A stretch of DNA of 37,572 bases from an uncultured archaeon (lineage in GTDB: Archaea > Aenigmatarchaeota > Aenigmatarchaeia > CG10238-14 > EX4484-224): the NCBI GenBank assembly GCA_964459585.1, contig CAYWME010000001.1, forward strand, positions 1 through 37,572. The letters run 5' to 3'. The position numbers were made by a program, and so were the translations under genes. The notes under the pieces are model-generated. The model saw nothing but the letters and a program-made list of their open reading frames with translations. It searched no databases and was not told where the DNA came from. This document shows positions 8,375 to 16,701 of this stretch, piece after piece (within the stretch, counting starts at the first letter, position 1; every line of letters begins with the position of its first letter).

Positions 8375-8857
8375 TCATTTTCTGTTTATCAATTCGTCCC
8401 ATTTTCCTTCATCGATTTCTTTCAGAATTTCTTTTGGAGATTTTCCCTCAATTGTTATTGGTATTGAAACACAAGTACCCACAACTTGCTTTACCATTTT
8501 TTTTAAATCTCTTGGATTTGTCTGAACCGACTTAATCTTCGCTATCTTGAGTATCTTCTCCATGGATATATCGCCTACAGACGTTTTACCTTTTTCTTTT
8601 TCTTCTTGAGATATAGCGAGTTCTTCTAACCCCATTTCCATCTTTAAAAGTTCTGAGATAGAAGGCACTTCGAATGATATGAAATAATTATCCTTATCTA
8701 GATTTATTTTTACCAAAAAGTCTAACCCACTTAGCTCCTTTGCTTTTTCTTTAATTTTATTTATTATTTCATCTGCTTTGCTTGTTTTTCCCTCTAAATT
8801 TTTCTTTATTATGTTCTCATCTACTTTTCCCTTAGAGATGTTAATTCTAACTTCCAT
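8375..8857 (-). CDS. rpl11: Ribosomal protein uL11 (divergent N-terminal domain)
   Basis: The C-terminal domain matches uL11 well (VGDISMEKILKIAKIK...LKKMVKQVVGTCVSIPITIEGKSPKEILKEIDEGKWDE). It sits at the conserved position between spt5 and rpl1. Confidence 0.8.
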   Translation of the reverse strand: MEVRINISKGKVDENIIKKNLEGKTSKADEIINKIKEKAKELSGLDFLVKINLDKDNYFISFEVPSISELLKMEMGLEELAISQEEKEKGKTSVGDISMEKILKIAKIKSVQTNPRDLKKMVKQVVGTCVSIPITIEGKSPKEILKEIDEGKWDELINRK

Positions 8858-8858
8858 T

Positions 8859-9305
8859 CTATCCCTTCGTTTTTTCTACGACTCTCACTAAATCTGCAGA
8901 TACACTTATTGGAATAGGAACAGTAGCCTCCAAGAGTTCTATTGTTACTTCTCTTTTAGCACTATCATATCTTCTAACTTTTCCTTTTTCCCCCTTAAAA
9001 GGACCTCCTATTACTTCAACTATATCACCGACATCAAGTTTGATTTCTCTTTTTCTCGGTATAATGAATTTCTTTATTTCCTCCATGGAAACAGGTTTTC
9101 TTATAAGACCTCTAACATTAGGCAAATCTTTTATAGCTCTTTCGACTTCATCTATTTCTCCTTCAATCAATATATACCCTTTGAGTTCTTCAGGGTGAAA
9201 AATCGCCTTTATATCAATACCTTCATTTAAAACTCTTCCATACAATCCTTTCATTGTTATTCTTTCTCTTCCGATTATTGTTTTGATAGCATATATCATA
9301 CTCAT
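8859..9305 (-). CDS. spt5: Transcription elongation factor Spt5 (archaeal NusG)
   Basis: NGN domain (IYAIKTIIGRE...IFHPEELKGYILIE) plus KOW motif (GDIVEVIGGPFKGEKGKVRRYD). Conserved position next to secE and rpl11. Confidence 0.9.
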   Translation of the reverse strand: MSMIYAIKTIIGRERITMKGLYGRVLNEGIDIKAIFHPEELKGYILIEGEIDEVERAIKDLPNVRGLIRKPVSMEEIKKFIIPRKREIKLDVGDIVEVIGGPFKGEKGKVRRYDSAKREVTIELLEATVPIPISVSADLVRVVEKTKG

Positions 9306-9309
9306 GCCA

Positions 9310-9477
9310 TCAACCTATAAAAACTATTGAAAAAACATACAAAATAAAACCAATTATTCCAACAACGCTCATGCCTATCACGCATATTTTGCTTATATAC
9401 ATAAACTCTTCTTTTGTTGGTTTTTTCGCAACTTTCAAAACTCGTTTGTACTCTATTAATTTCTCTCTGATTTTCAT
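9310..9477 (-). CDS. secE: Protein translocase subunit SecE (Sec61 gamma); 55 aa, absent from the ORF track
   Basis: Hand translation: MKIREKLIEYKRVLKVAKKPTKEEFMYISKICVIGMSVVGIIGFILYVFSIVFIG*. It has the characteristic ..VLK..KKPTKEEF.. motif followed by a single TM helix. It sits between ftsZ and spt5, as in many archaea. Confidence 0.7.
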   Translation of the reverse strand: MKIREKLIEYKRVLKVAKKPTKEEFMYISKICVIGMSVVGIIGFILYVFSIVFIG

Positions 9478-9487
9478 AAGAATCAAC

Positions 9488-10579
9488 TTACTCTATAAAC
9501 TCTACTCCTAGTATATCTTGAATTTTCTTTTTTTCTTCGGTCGTCCATGGTCTCTCTGGACCAAAAATTTGTGGGGATTTTACACCAGTTACAACGACCA
9601 ATGTTCTTACAGAATCCCCTAAAGAGTGATCGATCTGAGCACCCCATATTATTTTAGCGTCTTTAGAGAGTCTATTCGAAACGGTTTCAACAATCTGTTG
9701 TGCCTCTCTAACGGTTAAGTCAGGACCGCCTGTTATATTTATTAAGGCCCCTTTTCCATCAGTTATATCCACATCTAACAACGGGTTTGTAAGTGCTTTC
9801 TCAACAGATTCAAAAGCTCTGTTTTCTGTATCGCTCTCTCCCATTCCAATCATTGCTAGCCCTCCTTCGTTCATAACAGCTCTTACATCAGCAAAATCTA
9901 AGTTTACTAACCCTGGTTTCGTAACCATTTCAGCTATGCCTTTAACAGAGTTCACGAGTATCTCATCAGCAATTTTAAAGGCTGTTGTTATAGAAACGTC
10001 TGGAACTATTTCTAAAAGTTTGTCGTTTGGCACGAGAATTAATGTATCAACAACATCTTGTAATAGCTCCAAACCCCATTTTGCGTTTTCCATTCTTCTT
10101 GCGCCTTCCATCTTGAAAGGAAGCGTGACTATCGCCACAGTTAATGCTCCTAATTTTTTGGAGACTTCTGCTAAAACAGGTAAACTACCAGTTCCGGTTC
10201 CACCGCCTAAACCGCCTGTCAAAAAGACCATGTCTGCTCCCTGCAAGGATTTCTTTATCTCTTCCTTACTCTCTTTTGCAGCTTCCATTCCAAGTTTAGG
10301 ATCGGCTCCAGCGCCCAAACCAGCTGTCAACTCTCTTCCAATCAAAATTTTTTTATCTGCATCCGTATACAACAAATCCATCGCATCTGTGTTCACAGCA
10401 ATTGTTTCGGCTCCAACTATTCCGACCTGCATAAGCCTAGTTACGGTATTGTTACCAGCACCACCAGCACCAACAACCTTTATTTGAGTTTTTCTTCTTT
10501 CGAGCAATTCTCTTAACTCTTCGTCTATTTCTTTCGTTTTTGTTTCGGCTGGTTTTTTAACCAGATGTTTTAAGCCCAT
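9488..10579 (-). CDS. ftsZ: Cell division GTPase FtsZ
   Basis: Tubulin signature GGLGGGTGTGSLPVLAEV, plus VGAGGAGNN and NLDFADV motifs. Confidence 0.95.
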   Translation of the reverse strand: MGLKHLVKKPAETKTKEIDEELRELLERRKTQIKVVGAGGAGNNTVTRLMQVGIVGAETIAVNTDAMDLLYTDADKKILIGRELTAGLGAGADPKLGMEAAKESKEEIKKSLQGADMVFLTGGLGGGTGTGSLPVLAEVSKKLGALTVAIVTLPFKMEGARRMENAKWGLELLQDVVDTLILVPNDKLLEIVPDVSITTAFKIADEILVNSVKGIAEMVTKPGLVNLDFADVRAVMNEGGLAMIGMGESDTENRAFESVEKALTNPLLDVDITDGKGALINITGGPDLTVREAQQIVETVSNRLSKDAKIIWGAQIDHSLGDSVRTLVVVTGVKSPQIFGPERPWTTEEKKKIQDILGVEFIE

Positions 10580-10640
10580 GCTCTACCTCATATTTAATTG
10601 AAAACCGATAGAATAAATAGTTATTGAATTCTTAAAGTTT

Positions 10641-11501
10641 TTAATGTTTTTCTGTTTTTTTCATTACCTCTATATCTAGACAAACCTTCCATTTTCTTGG
10701 TGCGTAAGGAAGTACCTTTCTCTGGTCTTTTATTGAAAAAGTTATGTTAGTTTTTTTGAGTTTTTCATTCAATTTCTCTTTTACATCATTAAATAGATTT
10801 TTTTCGTCGCTTATCGAGTAGAAATGAATTGTTCCTTTTTCCTTCAATAATTTAACTGCTATGTCAATATAATCTAAAGACCTAAGAGGAAGTGGCATTA
10901 AGATTCTATCAAATTTTTTGTTAAGCTTTTTAGATACTTCTCTTACATCGCCGTTTATTAATACGATCAAATGAGATACTTTGTTTATTCTAACGTTTTC
11001 CTCTGCATATCTATGCGCGTCTTTGTTCAGCTCTATACAATAAATCTTCTTGATTACTGGATTAAGTTTGGCGATAGCTATAGCAAATGGCGCAACCCCA
11101 CTAAACATAATTAGAACTTCTTCACTTTGCTTTACTTTAGAAGCTATTCTTTTTCTTTCGAGAGCTTCTCTCGGAGAGAAATACACTTTTAATGGATCTA
11201 GCTTAAGTACATATCCAAACTCTTTATGCAAAACTTCGGTATTACTCTCGCCATAAATTATTTCAAACTCTCTTAATCTTTCCTCTCCCCTTCTTTTCGA
11301 TCTCTTTGTAAGAATTGTTTTTACATTTTTGTTGAGTGAGATTATCGTCTTCGCTATATCTTTTTCAAATTCCTTTAAATCCTCGTTAATTTCGACGATC
11401 GCAACTGCTTTTTCCTTAGAGCCTATGATTTCAAATGAATTTGGAATTAGCTCTATTTTTTCTTTCGGTACTTTATCTTTCAGTAAATCTTTGAGTCTCA
11501 T
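10641..11501 (-). CDS. trm5: tRNA (guanine37-N1)-methyltransferase Trm5 family (Met-10+ like)
   Basis: LDPLKVYFSPREALERKRIA...VLIMFSGVAPFAIAIAK...YCIELNKDAHRYAEENVRINKV...ILMPLP. This is the Trm5/Taw22 class I methyltransferase architecture. Confidence 0.8.
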   Translation of the reverse strand: MRLKDLLKDKVPKEKIELIPNSFEIIGSKEKAVAIVEINEDLKEFEKDIAKTIISLNKNVKTILTKRSKRRGEERLREFEIIYGESNTEVLHKEFGYVLKLDPLKVYFSPREALERKRIASKVKQSEEVLIMFSGVAPFAIAIAKLNPVIKKIYCIELNKDAHRYAEENVRINKVSHLIVLINGDVREVSKKLNKKFDRILMPLPLRSLDYIDIAVKLLKEKGTIHFYSISDEKNLFNDVKEKLNEKLKKTNITFSIKDQRKVLPYAPRKWKVCLDIEVMKKTEKH

Positions 11502-11532
11502 TAATTTTAAGGTTCATGGTTTACTGATATAT

Positions 11533-12294
11533 ATGATAACTTTAGTTGGGTTGGGTTTGTATGACGAAGAGGACATATCACTAAAGGGCATCAAAGCGAT
11601 AAGAGAAGCAGATAAAGTATATTGCGAACTTTATACAAGTTTTTGGAAAGGCAATTTAAAAAATCTTGAGAAACTCATAGAGAAAAAAATAGAGTTAGTT
11701 AGTAGAAGAAAGCTAGAAGAAGAAATAAACGAAATTCTAAAAGATGCAAAAAATGAAAAAATTGTAATTTTAGTTCCTGGTGACCCATTAGTTGCAACTA
11801 CTCATACATCAATCGTTTTAGAGGCAAAAAAAAGGGGCATAAAAACCAGAATTATACATTCGTCTTCAATAGTCTCGGCTGTTGCAGAATGTGGGCTCCA
11901 GATATACAGATTTGGAAAAATTGTAAGTATACCTTTCTTGGAGAAAACAGGTAATGTATTGCCAAAGTCTGTCTATGATTCCTTAATTAAAAATAAAAAA
12001 AATGATCTTCACTCTTTATGTCTTTTAGACGTAGATTTAGAAAATCAAAAATTTATGAAAATTAACGAAGCTGTTGATATTTTACTTGCGATGGAAAACG
12101 AGTTTAGAAAAAATTTGTTAAATGAGAACACAGAAATTGTTGTAATATCTGAAATAGGTTCAAAAAAACCAAAAATTTCATTCGATAAAATTAGTGAAAT
12201 TAAAACGAAAAAATTTGAACTACCATCTTCAATTATAATACCTGCAAAGCTTCATTTCTTAGAAAGAGAATATCTAGAATTTTTTAAGATGTAG
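11533..12294 (+). CDS. dphB: Diphthine synthase (DphB/Dph5)
   Basis: MITLVGLGLYDEEDISLKGIKAIREADKVYCELYTS...VILVPGDPLVATTH. This is a tetrapyrrole-methylase fold typical of archaeal DphB. The tracked 5' extension (11329-11532) overlaps trm5 on the opposite strand and is discarded. Confidence 0.85.
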   Translation: MITLVGLGLYDEEDISLKGIKAIREADKVYCELYTSFWKGNLKNLEKLIEKKIELVSRRKLEEEINEILKDAKNEKIVILVPGDPLVATTHTSIVLEAKKRGIKTRIIHSSSIVSAVAECGLQIYRFGKIVSIPFLEKTGNVLPKSVYDSLIKNKKNDLHSLCLLDVDLENQKFMKINEAVDILLAMENEFRKNLLNENTEIVVISEIGSKKPKISFDKISEIKTKKFELPSSIIIPAKLHFLEREYLEFFKM

Positions 12295-12838
12295 TTCGTT
12301 CTCGTGTCTCTCCACTTGGCCATACAACCAACAATATGAGCAATGCCAAGATCCCTAGAACAACTATCATTGACATGGCATCTTCACCGGCTATACCAAC
12401 CGAAGAAATAGTAAAATTCGTTATTCCACTAGTAAAGAAAATTATTGCTCCTATCAGCAAAACCATTATCAATGATCCAGCAAGCGCTTTCCCTTTAAGA
12501 TATTCTGATAATTGTTCACCAACCCCCCTACTAAAAAACATTCCAAGAAGCATCAAACTTATCATTATAGTTAAAATTGACATTGTACCATAGAAGAAAA
12601 ACGTAGATAACTGAGTCTCTATATCAACTCCAGATATAATTGGATATTCCCAAACCATGAAAGCTGCTACTACTGCCACTGTAGCGTTTACTATGACATT
12701 TTTTTTCGGCTCACCAAATATCTTTGATTTTCTGAGTAAACCATAAAAAACAGCAGAGGTTAGTATAAACGGAAATAGAAATTGAAATGCGCCAAACTTA
12801 CTCAGCGCTATGATGACGTTTTCCATGGGAGTTGCCAT
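12284..12838 (-). CDS. Polytopic membrane protein, paralog B (unknown function)
   Basis: Start trimmed to MATPMENV. The N-terminus FGAFQFLFPFILTSAVFYGLLRKSKIF parallels the upstream paralog FGFFDLLIFLSSSAIFYAFFTKSKLI. About 5 hydrophobic helices. The ATG overlaps the upstream stop by 1 nt (TAATG). Confidence 0.6.
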   Translation of the reverse strand: MATPMENVIIALSKFGAFQFLFPFILTSAVFYGLLRKSKIFGEPKKNVIVNATVAVVAAFMVWEYPIISGVDIETQLSTFFFYGTMSILTIMISLMLLGMFFSRGVGEQLSEYLKGKALAGSLIMVLLIGAIIFFTSGITNFTISSVGIAGEDAMSMIVVLGILALLILLVVWPSGETRERTTS

Positions 12839-13356
12839 TATACCATCCTCGTACCACCAATTAAAACTATGATAAAAATTATAAGACCGACAACTATTGC
12901 TACTGTAGTCATGTCTGGTTTTCCGCCAGCTCCTGGTTGAGATCCAGGCATTGTCCACACAACAGAGAGAAGACCAGATGCCAATGAAAGTGATAGAATT
13001 AGGAAAACGACAGCAAAAAGTGTTGTTCTTCTTTTAAATTGATCCATTAACATTTTTGGAAGATCTGGATAGAAAATACTAGCTATTACTGCACCGAGTA
13101 AAAATATCAAGGCAAATACAAAAACTTGCATGAAAAAAACTGAAAAAAAACTATTAACGCTGATGCCTACTACGAATTTGTATGCTAATATACTAAATCC
13201 TATCGATAAAGAAAGTAAAGAACTTATTATTTTATTTTCAATTAGCTTTGATTTGGTGAAAAATGCATAAAAAATAGCAGAGGATGATAAAAAGATCAAT
13301 AAATCGAAAAAACCGAAGGACATTAGCTGCTCTACTATTAGTTCCATTACATTCAT
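12838..13356 (-). CDS. Polytopic membrane protein, paralog A (unknown function)
   Basis: 172 aa and about 5 hydrophobic helices. It shares the N-terminal FGxF..L.F..SSA.FY....KSK motif with the downstream paralog. Confidence 0.6.
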   Translation of the reverse strand: MNVMELIVEQLMSFGFFDLLIFLSSSAIFYAFFTKSKLIENKIISSLLSLSIGFSILAYKFVVGISVNSFFSVFFMQVFVFALIFLLGAVIASIFYPDLPKMLMDQFKRRTTLFAVVFLILSLSLASGLLSVVWTMPGSQPGAGGKPDMTTVAIVVGLIIFIIVLIGGTRMV

Positions 13357-13389
13357 TGTTTTCTAAAAATAATTAATTTTTCAAATAAT

Positions 13390-14013
13390 TTATTCCTTAA
13401 GTTTGTAAACAAGCTCAGATAAACTTCTTACCGATTCTATTAATGCCGGCAGTGCTTCTCTAAACACTTTTTCTAAACTTTCTACTTTTCCTGTTAATCT
13501 TCTTATATCCCCTCTGAGGTTTTCCATACTGCTTTCAAAGACGAATTTTTCATCCTCCTTTTTTTCTTTTAACTCTCTTACTAGGTTTTCTATTGTTGAA
13601 ATTTTGTTTTCAACGTCCTTTTGTCTTGAAACAAGTTCTCTTATCTTTCTATTGATCTCTGTTGTTTTTTCGTCAACTAAAGTTTCGACATAATCTTGAC
13701 TATACTCTGGTTCTTCTTCTTTGTAATAGGCCTCGATTGAAGACTCTTCTGGAACTTGCAGATCTGTCGAAACTTCTTTTTTTATGTCTTCTATCGTCGG
13801 TAACGGTTTGTCGGTCTTTTCTGTATTCGCTGACACTTTCGATTTAGTCGATTCTAAAATCGCTTTTTCGATTTCATCCAACGAATAACCTTCTTTTGAA
13901 AGAACTTCCAGTATTTCATGCTCTGATAAACCTTTCTTAGAAAGCTCGTTTACTTTATCAATGGGAATATGACCCTTCCCTTTAGCTTCTGTTTTCTTTC
14001 TAAAAAGCGCCAT
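13390..14013 (-). CDS. Coiled-coil protein with a small helical N-terminal domain (unknown function)
   Basis: 207 aa. The basic N-terminus is MALFRKKTEAKGKG, followed by a helical module (LSKKGLSEHEILEVLSKEGYSLDEIEKAI). Next comes an acidic linker and a long heptad-like E/K-rich C-terminus. Confidence 0.6.
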   Translation of the reverse strand: MALFRKKTEAKGKGHIPIDKVNELSKKGLSEHEILEVLSKEGYSLDEIEKAILESTKSKVSANTEKTDKPLPTIEDIKKEVSTDLQVPEESSIEAYYKEEEPEYSQDYVETLVDEKTTEINRKIRELVSRQKDVENKISTIENLVRELKEKKEDEKFVFESSMENLRGDIRRLTGKVESLEKVFREALPALIESVRSLSELVYKLKE

Positions 14014-14046
14014 TTTCTTCTATTTTTAATTAGTTTTCAAGAAATA

Positions 14047-14445
14047 TTAAACCTTAACTTTTTTCCTTTTCCTGAAGGAACTTATCATCCTCAAAACTTC
14101 CTCTCTTGTTACAAACTTTGATTTCAGTGGATTAAAAATGCTTACATAACTTTCAATTCCAGCTAATTCCTCTTTTGTTACAAAAGTGTTTATCTTTTTT
14201 TTCATTTCGTTTATTTCTTTTTCAAATTCATTCATTCTTTCTTTGAGTTCGTTTATTTTATCTAAAATTCTTCCAAGCTTGATGTTTGTTTCGTCTATTT
14301 TTTCTAAAAATTCTTTACTTAAAGTTATTTCGTCGTTTTCAATTTTTTCAACCTTGTCTTCTAAAATCCTTATTCTTCTTAAATGTTCATTCAGCCTTCT
14401 AACAATTTCCCTTAATATAACATCAACTTTTTCTTTTTCTGCCAT
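14047..14445 (-). CDS. Coiled-coil protein (unknown function), divergent from the secretion ATPase
   Basis: 132 aa, almost entirely E/K/I/L heptad-like sequence. It shares a 51-bp divergent intergenic region with the ATPase gene. Confidence 0.6.
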   Translation of the reverse strand: MAEKEKVDVILREIVRRLNEHLRRIRILEDKVEKIENDEITLSKEFLEKIDETNIKLGRILDKINELKERMNEFEKEINEMKKKINTFVTKEELAGIESYVSIFNPLKSKFVTREEVLRMISSFRKRKKVKV

Positions 14446-14496
14446 TAATAAAACATTTGTTTTCGAAAAAGATAAATTTTAAATTAGGTGTAGATT

Positions 14497-16701
14497 TTGG
14501 TTGAGTACAAAACAGAAGACAATGTTCTTAAGTTTGATTGTAATAATTGGGTGATTCCCAGTAGTATAGAGGATTCTGGAGCTACGATGGCCGTTGTTGT
14601 AGACACGTTATCAAAGGTTTTCGGTGTCGAAAGAATTGTAATGGTTGAAGAGAGAGAGATAGAATACGGAATAGAAGAAACACAAATGTTGATTGAACTG
14701 GCAAAGCTGATTGGAAAAGTAATGTCGGAAAATATTTTAGATATAAAAAATCTTGGAAAGTTAGAAAACAAAGAAGAATTGTCGAAAAGGATAAGGGAGA
14801 TTAGATTTATAGTTACACAGTTACTAAGAAAAGACCCTATCGCGGCCTATGTGAGAATTAACCAGTTAATTAAAAAAGAGAAAGATGCCGTGTTTGTTAA
14901 AAACGTTTTGATCCCACTTAGGAACATGCTTGAAAATATAAAGTTGATTAGAAAAGCAAAACCCTTTCTAAAGTATTATAAATTCGGTGATAGATCGATA
15001 TACCGAAAGATTTTTTCTCCTATAGTCAGACCCCCGTTCATGTTGACTAGGTTTGTGATGAAAGTACCTACAGAATCGAGATTGATTGATAAGTATGAAA
15101 TTCGTGGAAAAATTAAAGTGGAAATATATCAACTACCGGGGGTTGCCAGATTTTTCTACAGAATTATTCCACCAGAATTTGTAATGAGTGAGGATGAAAA
15201 CAAAATTCTGCAAATGGCTAAAGAATATTTGGCAGAAAGAAGGCCAAAAGAAACAGAAACCACAGACTACGAAAAAACTAGAGAATTTTTTATGTCGTTA
15301 GGAAGAAGCTTGATAAGAGATATATCAAAAAGATTAGGAACTAGGCTCAGCTCTTCCGACATAGATAAATTGACAGAGATACTAATTAGGTACACGATAG
15401 GCTTCGGTGTTCTAGAAATTGTATTAGCTGATGATAAAGTTCAAGATGTGTACATAAATGCACCCGTTGGTTCTTCTCCTCTATTCGTAAACCACACAGA
15501 TTATGGAGAGTGTGAAACAAATATAATACCAACAAGAGAAGAGGCAGAATCGTGGGCGACAAGATTTAGGTTGTATTCGGGAAGACCATTGGATGAAGCT
15601 AATCCTGTTTTGGATACAGAAATAACTGTAGCCGGTGGAAGAGCAAGAGTTACAGCAATCACAAGAACGCTTTCTTTGAAAGGCTTGGCCTTCGCATTTA
15701 GAAGGCATAGAAAGCGGCCATGGACCTTTCCCCTTTTTATAAAGGCAAAGTTTTTCGACCCATTATATGCTGGTGTCATGAGTTTCTTGGTTGATGGTGG
15801 CAGATCTATTTTGATCGCTGGGGGAAGAGGAAGTGGTAAAACAAGTCTATTGAATGCTATGTTGTTAGAGCTTATGAGAAATACAAGAATTATTGTTGTT
15901 GAGGACACACCGGAGCTTTCAATAGACCTGATGAGAAGACTTGGTTATAACATAATCGGACTCAAATCAAGATCTGTAATAACCCAAGTAAAAACCGAGT
16001 TACCACCAGAAGAGGCATTAAGAACAGCCTTAAGATTGGGAGATTCTGTTTTGATAGTAGGCGAAGTAAGAAGTAAAGAAAGTGTGGCTTTGTTCGAGGC
16101 CATGAGAATAGGTGCACTAGCAAATCTTGTTGCTGGAACGATTCATGGAGAGAGTACTTATGGTGTATATGATAGAGTTGTTCATGATCTAGGTGTGGTT
16201 CCAACGAGCTTTAAAGCGTTGGATATAATTACAATAGCGAATGTACTAAGAAGTCCTGATGGTCTAAAAAGGTTTAGAAGAGTTATTGAATTAACGGAAG
16301 TTAGAAAAGAATGGAAAGAAGACCCGATGCTAGAAGGGGGGTTTTATAAGCTAATGGAATACTCAGCAAAGGAGGACAAACTGAAACCTACAGACGTTTT
16401 GCTTGAAGGTGAATCGGAAGTTCTAAATGAGATTGCGAAAAGGGTTAGAGAATGGCACGGTGCGTGGGACAAAGTTTGGGAAAATATATTATTGAGAGCG
16501 AAAATTAAAAAAACGATAGTAGATTTCTCAGAGAAATTGAAAAGAAACGATATTCTTGAAGCTGATTGGGTTGTAGAATGTAATGAAATGTTTCATATAA
16601 TTTCTAACAATGTTTTAGAAGAGGTTGGTAGTGTAGAATCAAAACGTGTATATGAGAGATGTCTAAATTGGTTTAAGAAAAAACTAAAGGAAAAAACATG
16701 A
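14497..16701 (+). CDS. Type II/IV secretion-family ATPase (FlaI/PilB/VirB11-like), oversized (734 aa)
   Basis: Walker A AGGRGSGKTS (nt 15820-15843), Asp box RIIVVEDTPEL, Walker B/Glu SVLIVGEVRSKE and His box GTIHGES. The start is uncertain: tracked TTG at 14497, first ATG at 14587. Confidence 0.85.
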   Translation: MVEYKTEDNVLKFDCNNWVIPSSIEDSGATMAVVVDTLSKVFGVERIVMVEEREIEYGIEETQMLIELAKLIGKVMSENILDIKNLGKLENKEELSKRIREIRFIVTQLLRKDPIAAYVRINQLIKKEKDAVFVKNVLIPLRNMLENIKLIRKAKPFLKYYKFGDRSIYRKIFSPIVRPPFMLTRFVMKVPTESRLIDKYEIRGKIKVEIYQLPGVARFFYRIIPPEFVMSEDENKILQMAKEYLAERRPKETETTDYEKTREFFMSLGRSLIRDISKRLGTRLSSSDIDKLTEILIRYTIGFGVLEIVLADDKVQDVYINAPVGSSPLFVNHTDYGECETNIIPTREEAESWATRFRLYSGRPLDEANPVLDTEITVAGGRARVTAITRTLSLKGLAFAFRRHRKRPWTFPLFIKAKFFDPLYAGVMSFLVDGGRSILIAGGRGSGKTSLLNAMLLELMRNTRIIVVEDTPELSIDLMRRLGYNIIGLKSRSVITQVKTELPPEEALRTALRLGDSVLIVGEVRSKESVALFEAMRIGALANLVAGTIHGESTYGVYDRVVHDLGVVPTSFKALDIITIANVLRSPDGLKRFRRVIELTEVRKEWKEDPMLEGGFYKLMEYSAKEDKLKPTDVLLEGESEVLNEIAKRVREWHGAWDKVWENILLRAKIKKTIVDFSEKLKRNDILEADWVVECNEMFHIISNNVLEEVGSVESKRVYERCLNWFKKKLKEKT

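Noticed and set aside
9936-10487. 183-aa ORF on the plus strand
   Set aside because: It lies entirely antisense within ftsZ and has a low-complexity S/P/A/T-rich translation, the mirror image of the Gly/Ala-rich FtsZ. It is a shadow ORF.
11329-11532. Long N-terminal extensions of tracked ORFs. This one affects dphB. Others are at 1696-1812, 6068-6124, 12839-12958, 25431-25487 and 29605-29679.
   Set aside because: Each extension overlaps a neighbouring well-supported gene and adds sequence unlike the family N-terminus. In each case an internal Met restores the canonical N-terminus or signal peptide and gives tight start/stop coupling.
14186-14771. ORFs 14186-14482 (+) and 14484-14771 (-)
   Set aside because: They are antisense shadows of the coiled-coil gene and of the ATPase 5' end respectively, with low-complexity S/I/F-rich translations.
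15481-16204. Minus-strand ORFs inside the ATPase gene (75, 135 and 80 aa)
   Set aside because: They lie antisense within a CDS that has unambiguous ATPase motifs and have no supporting features.
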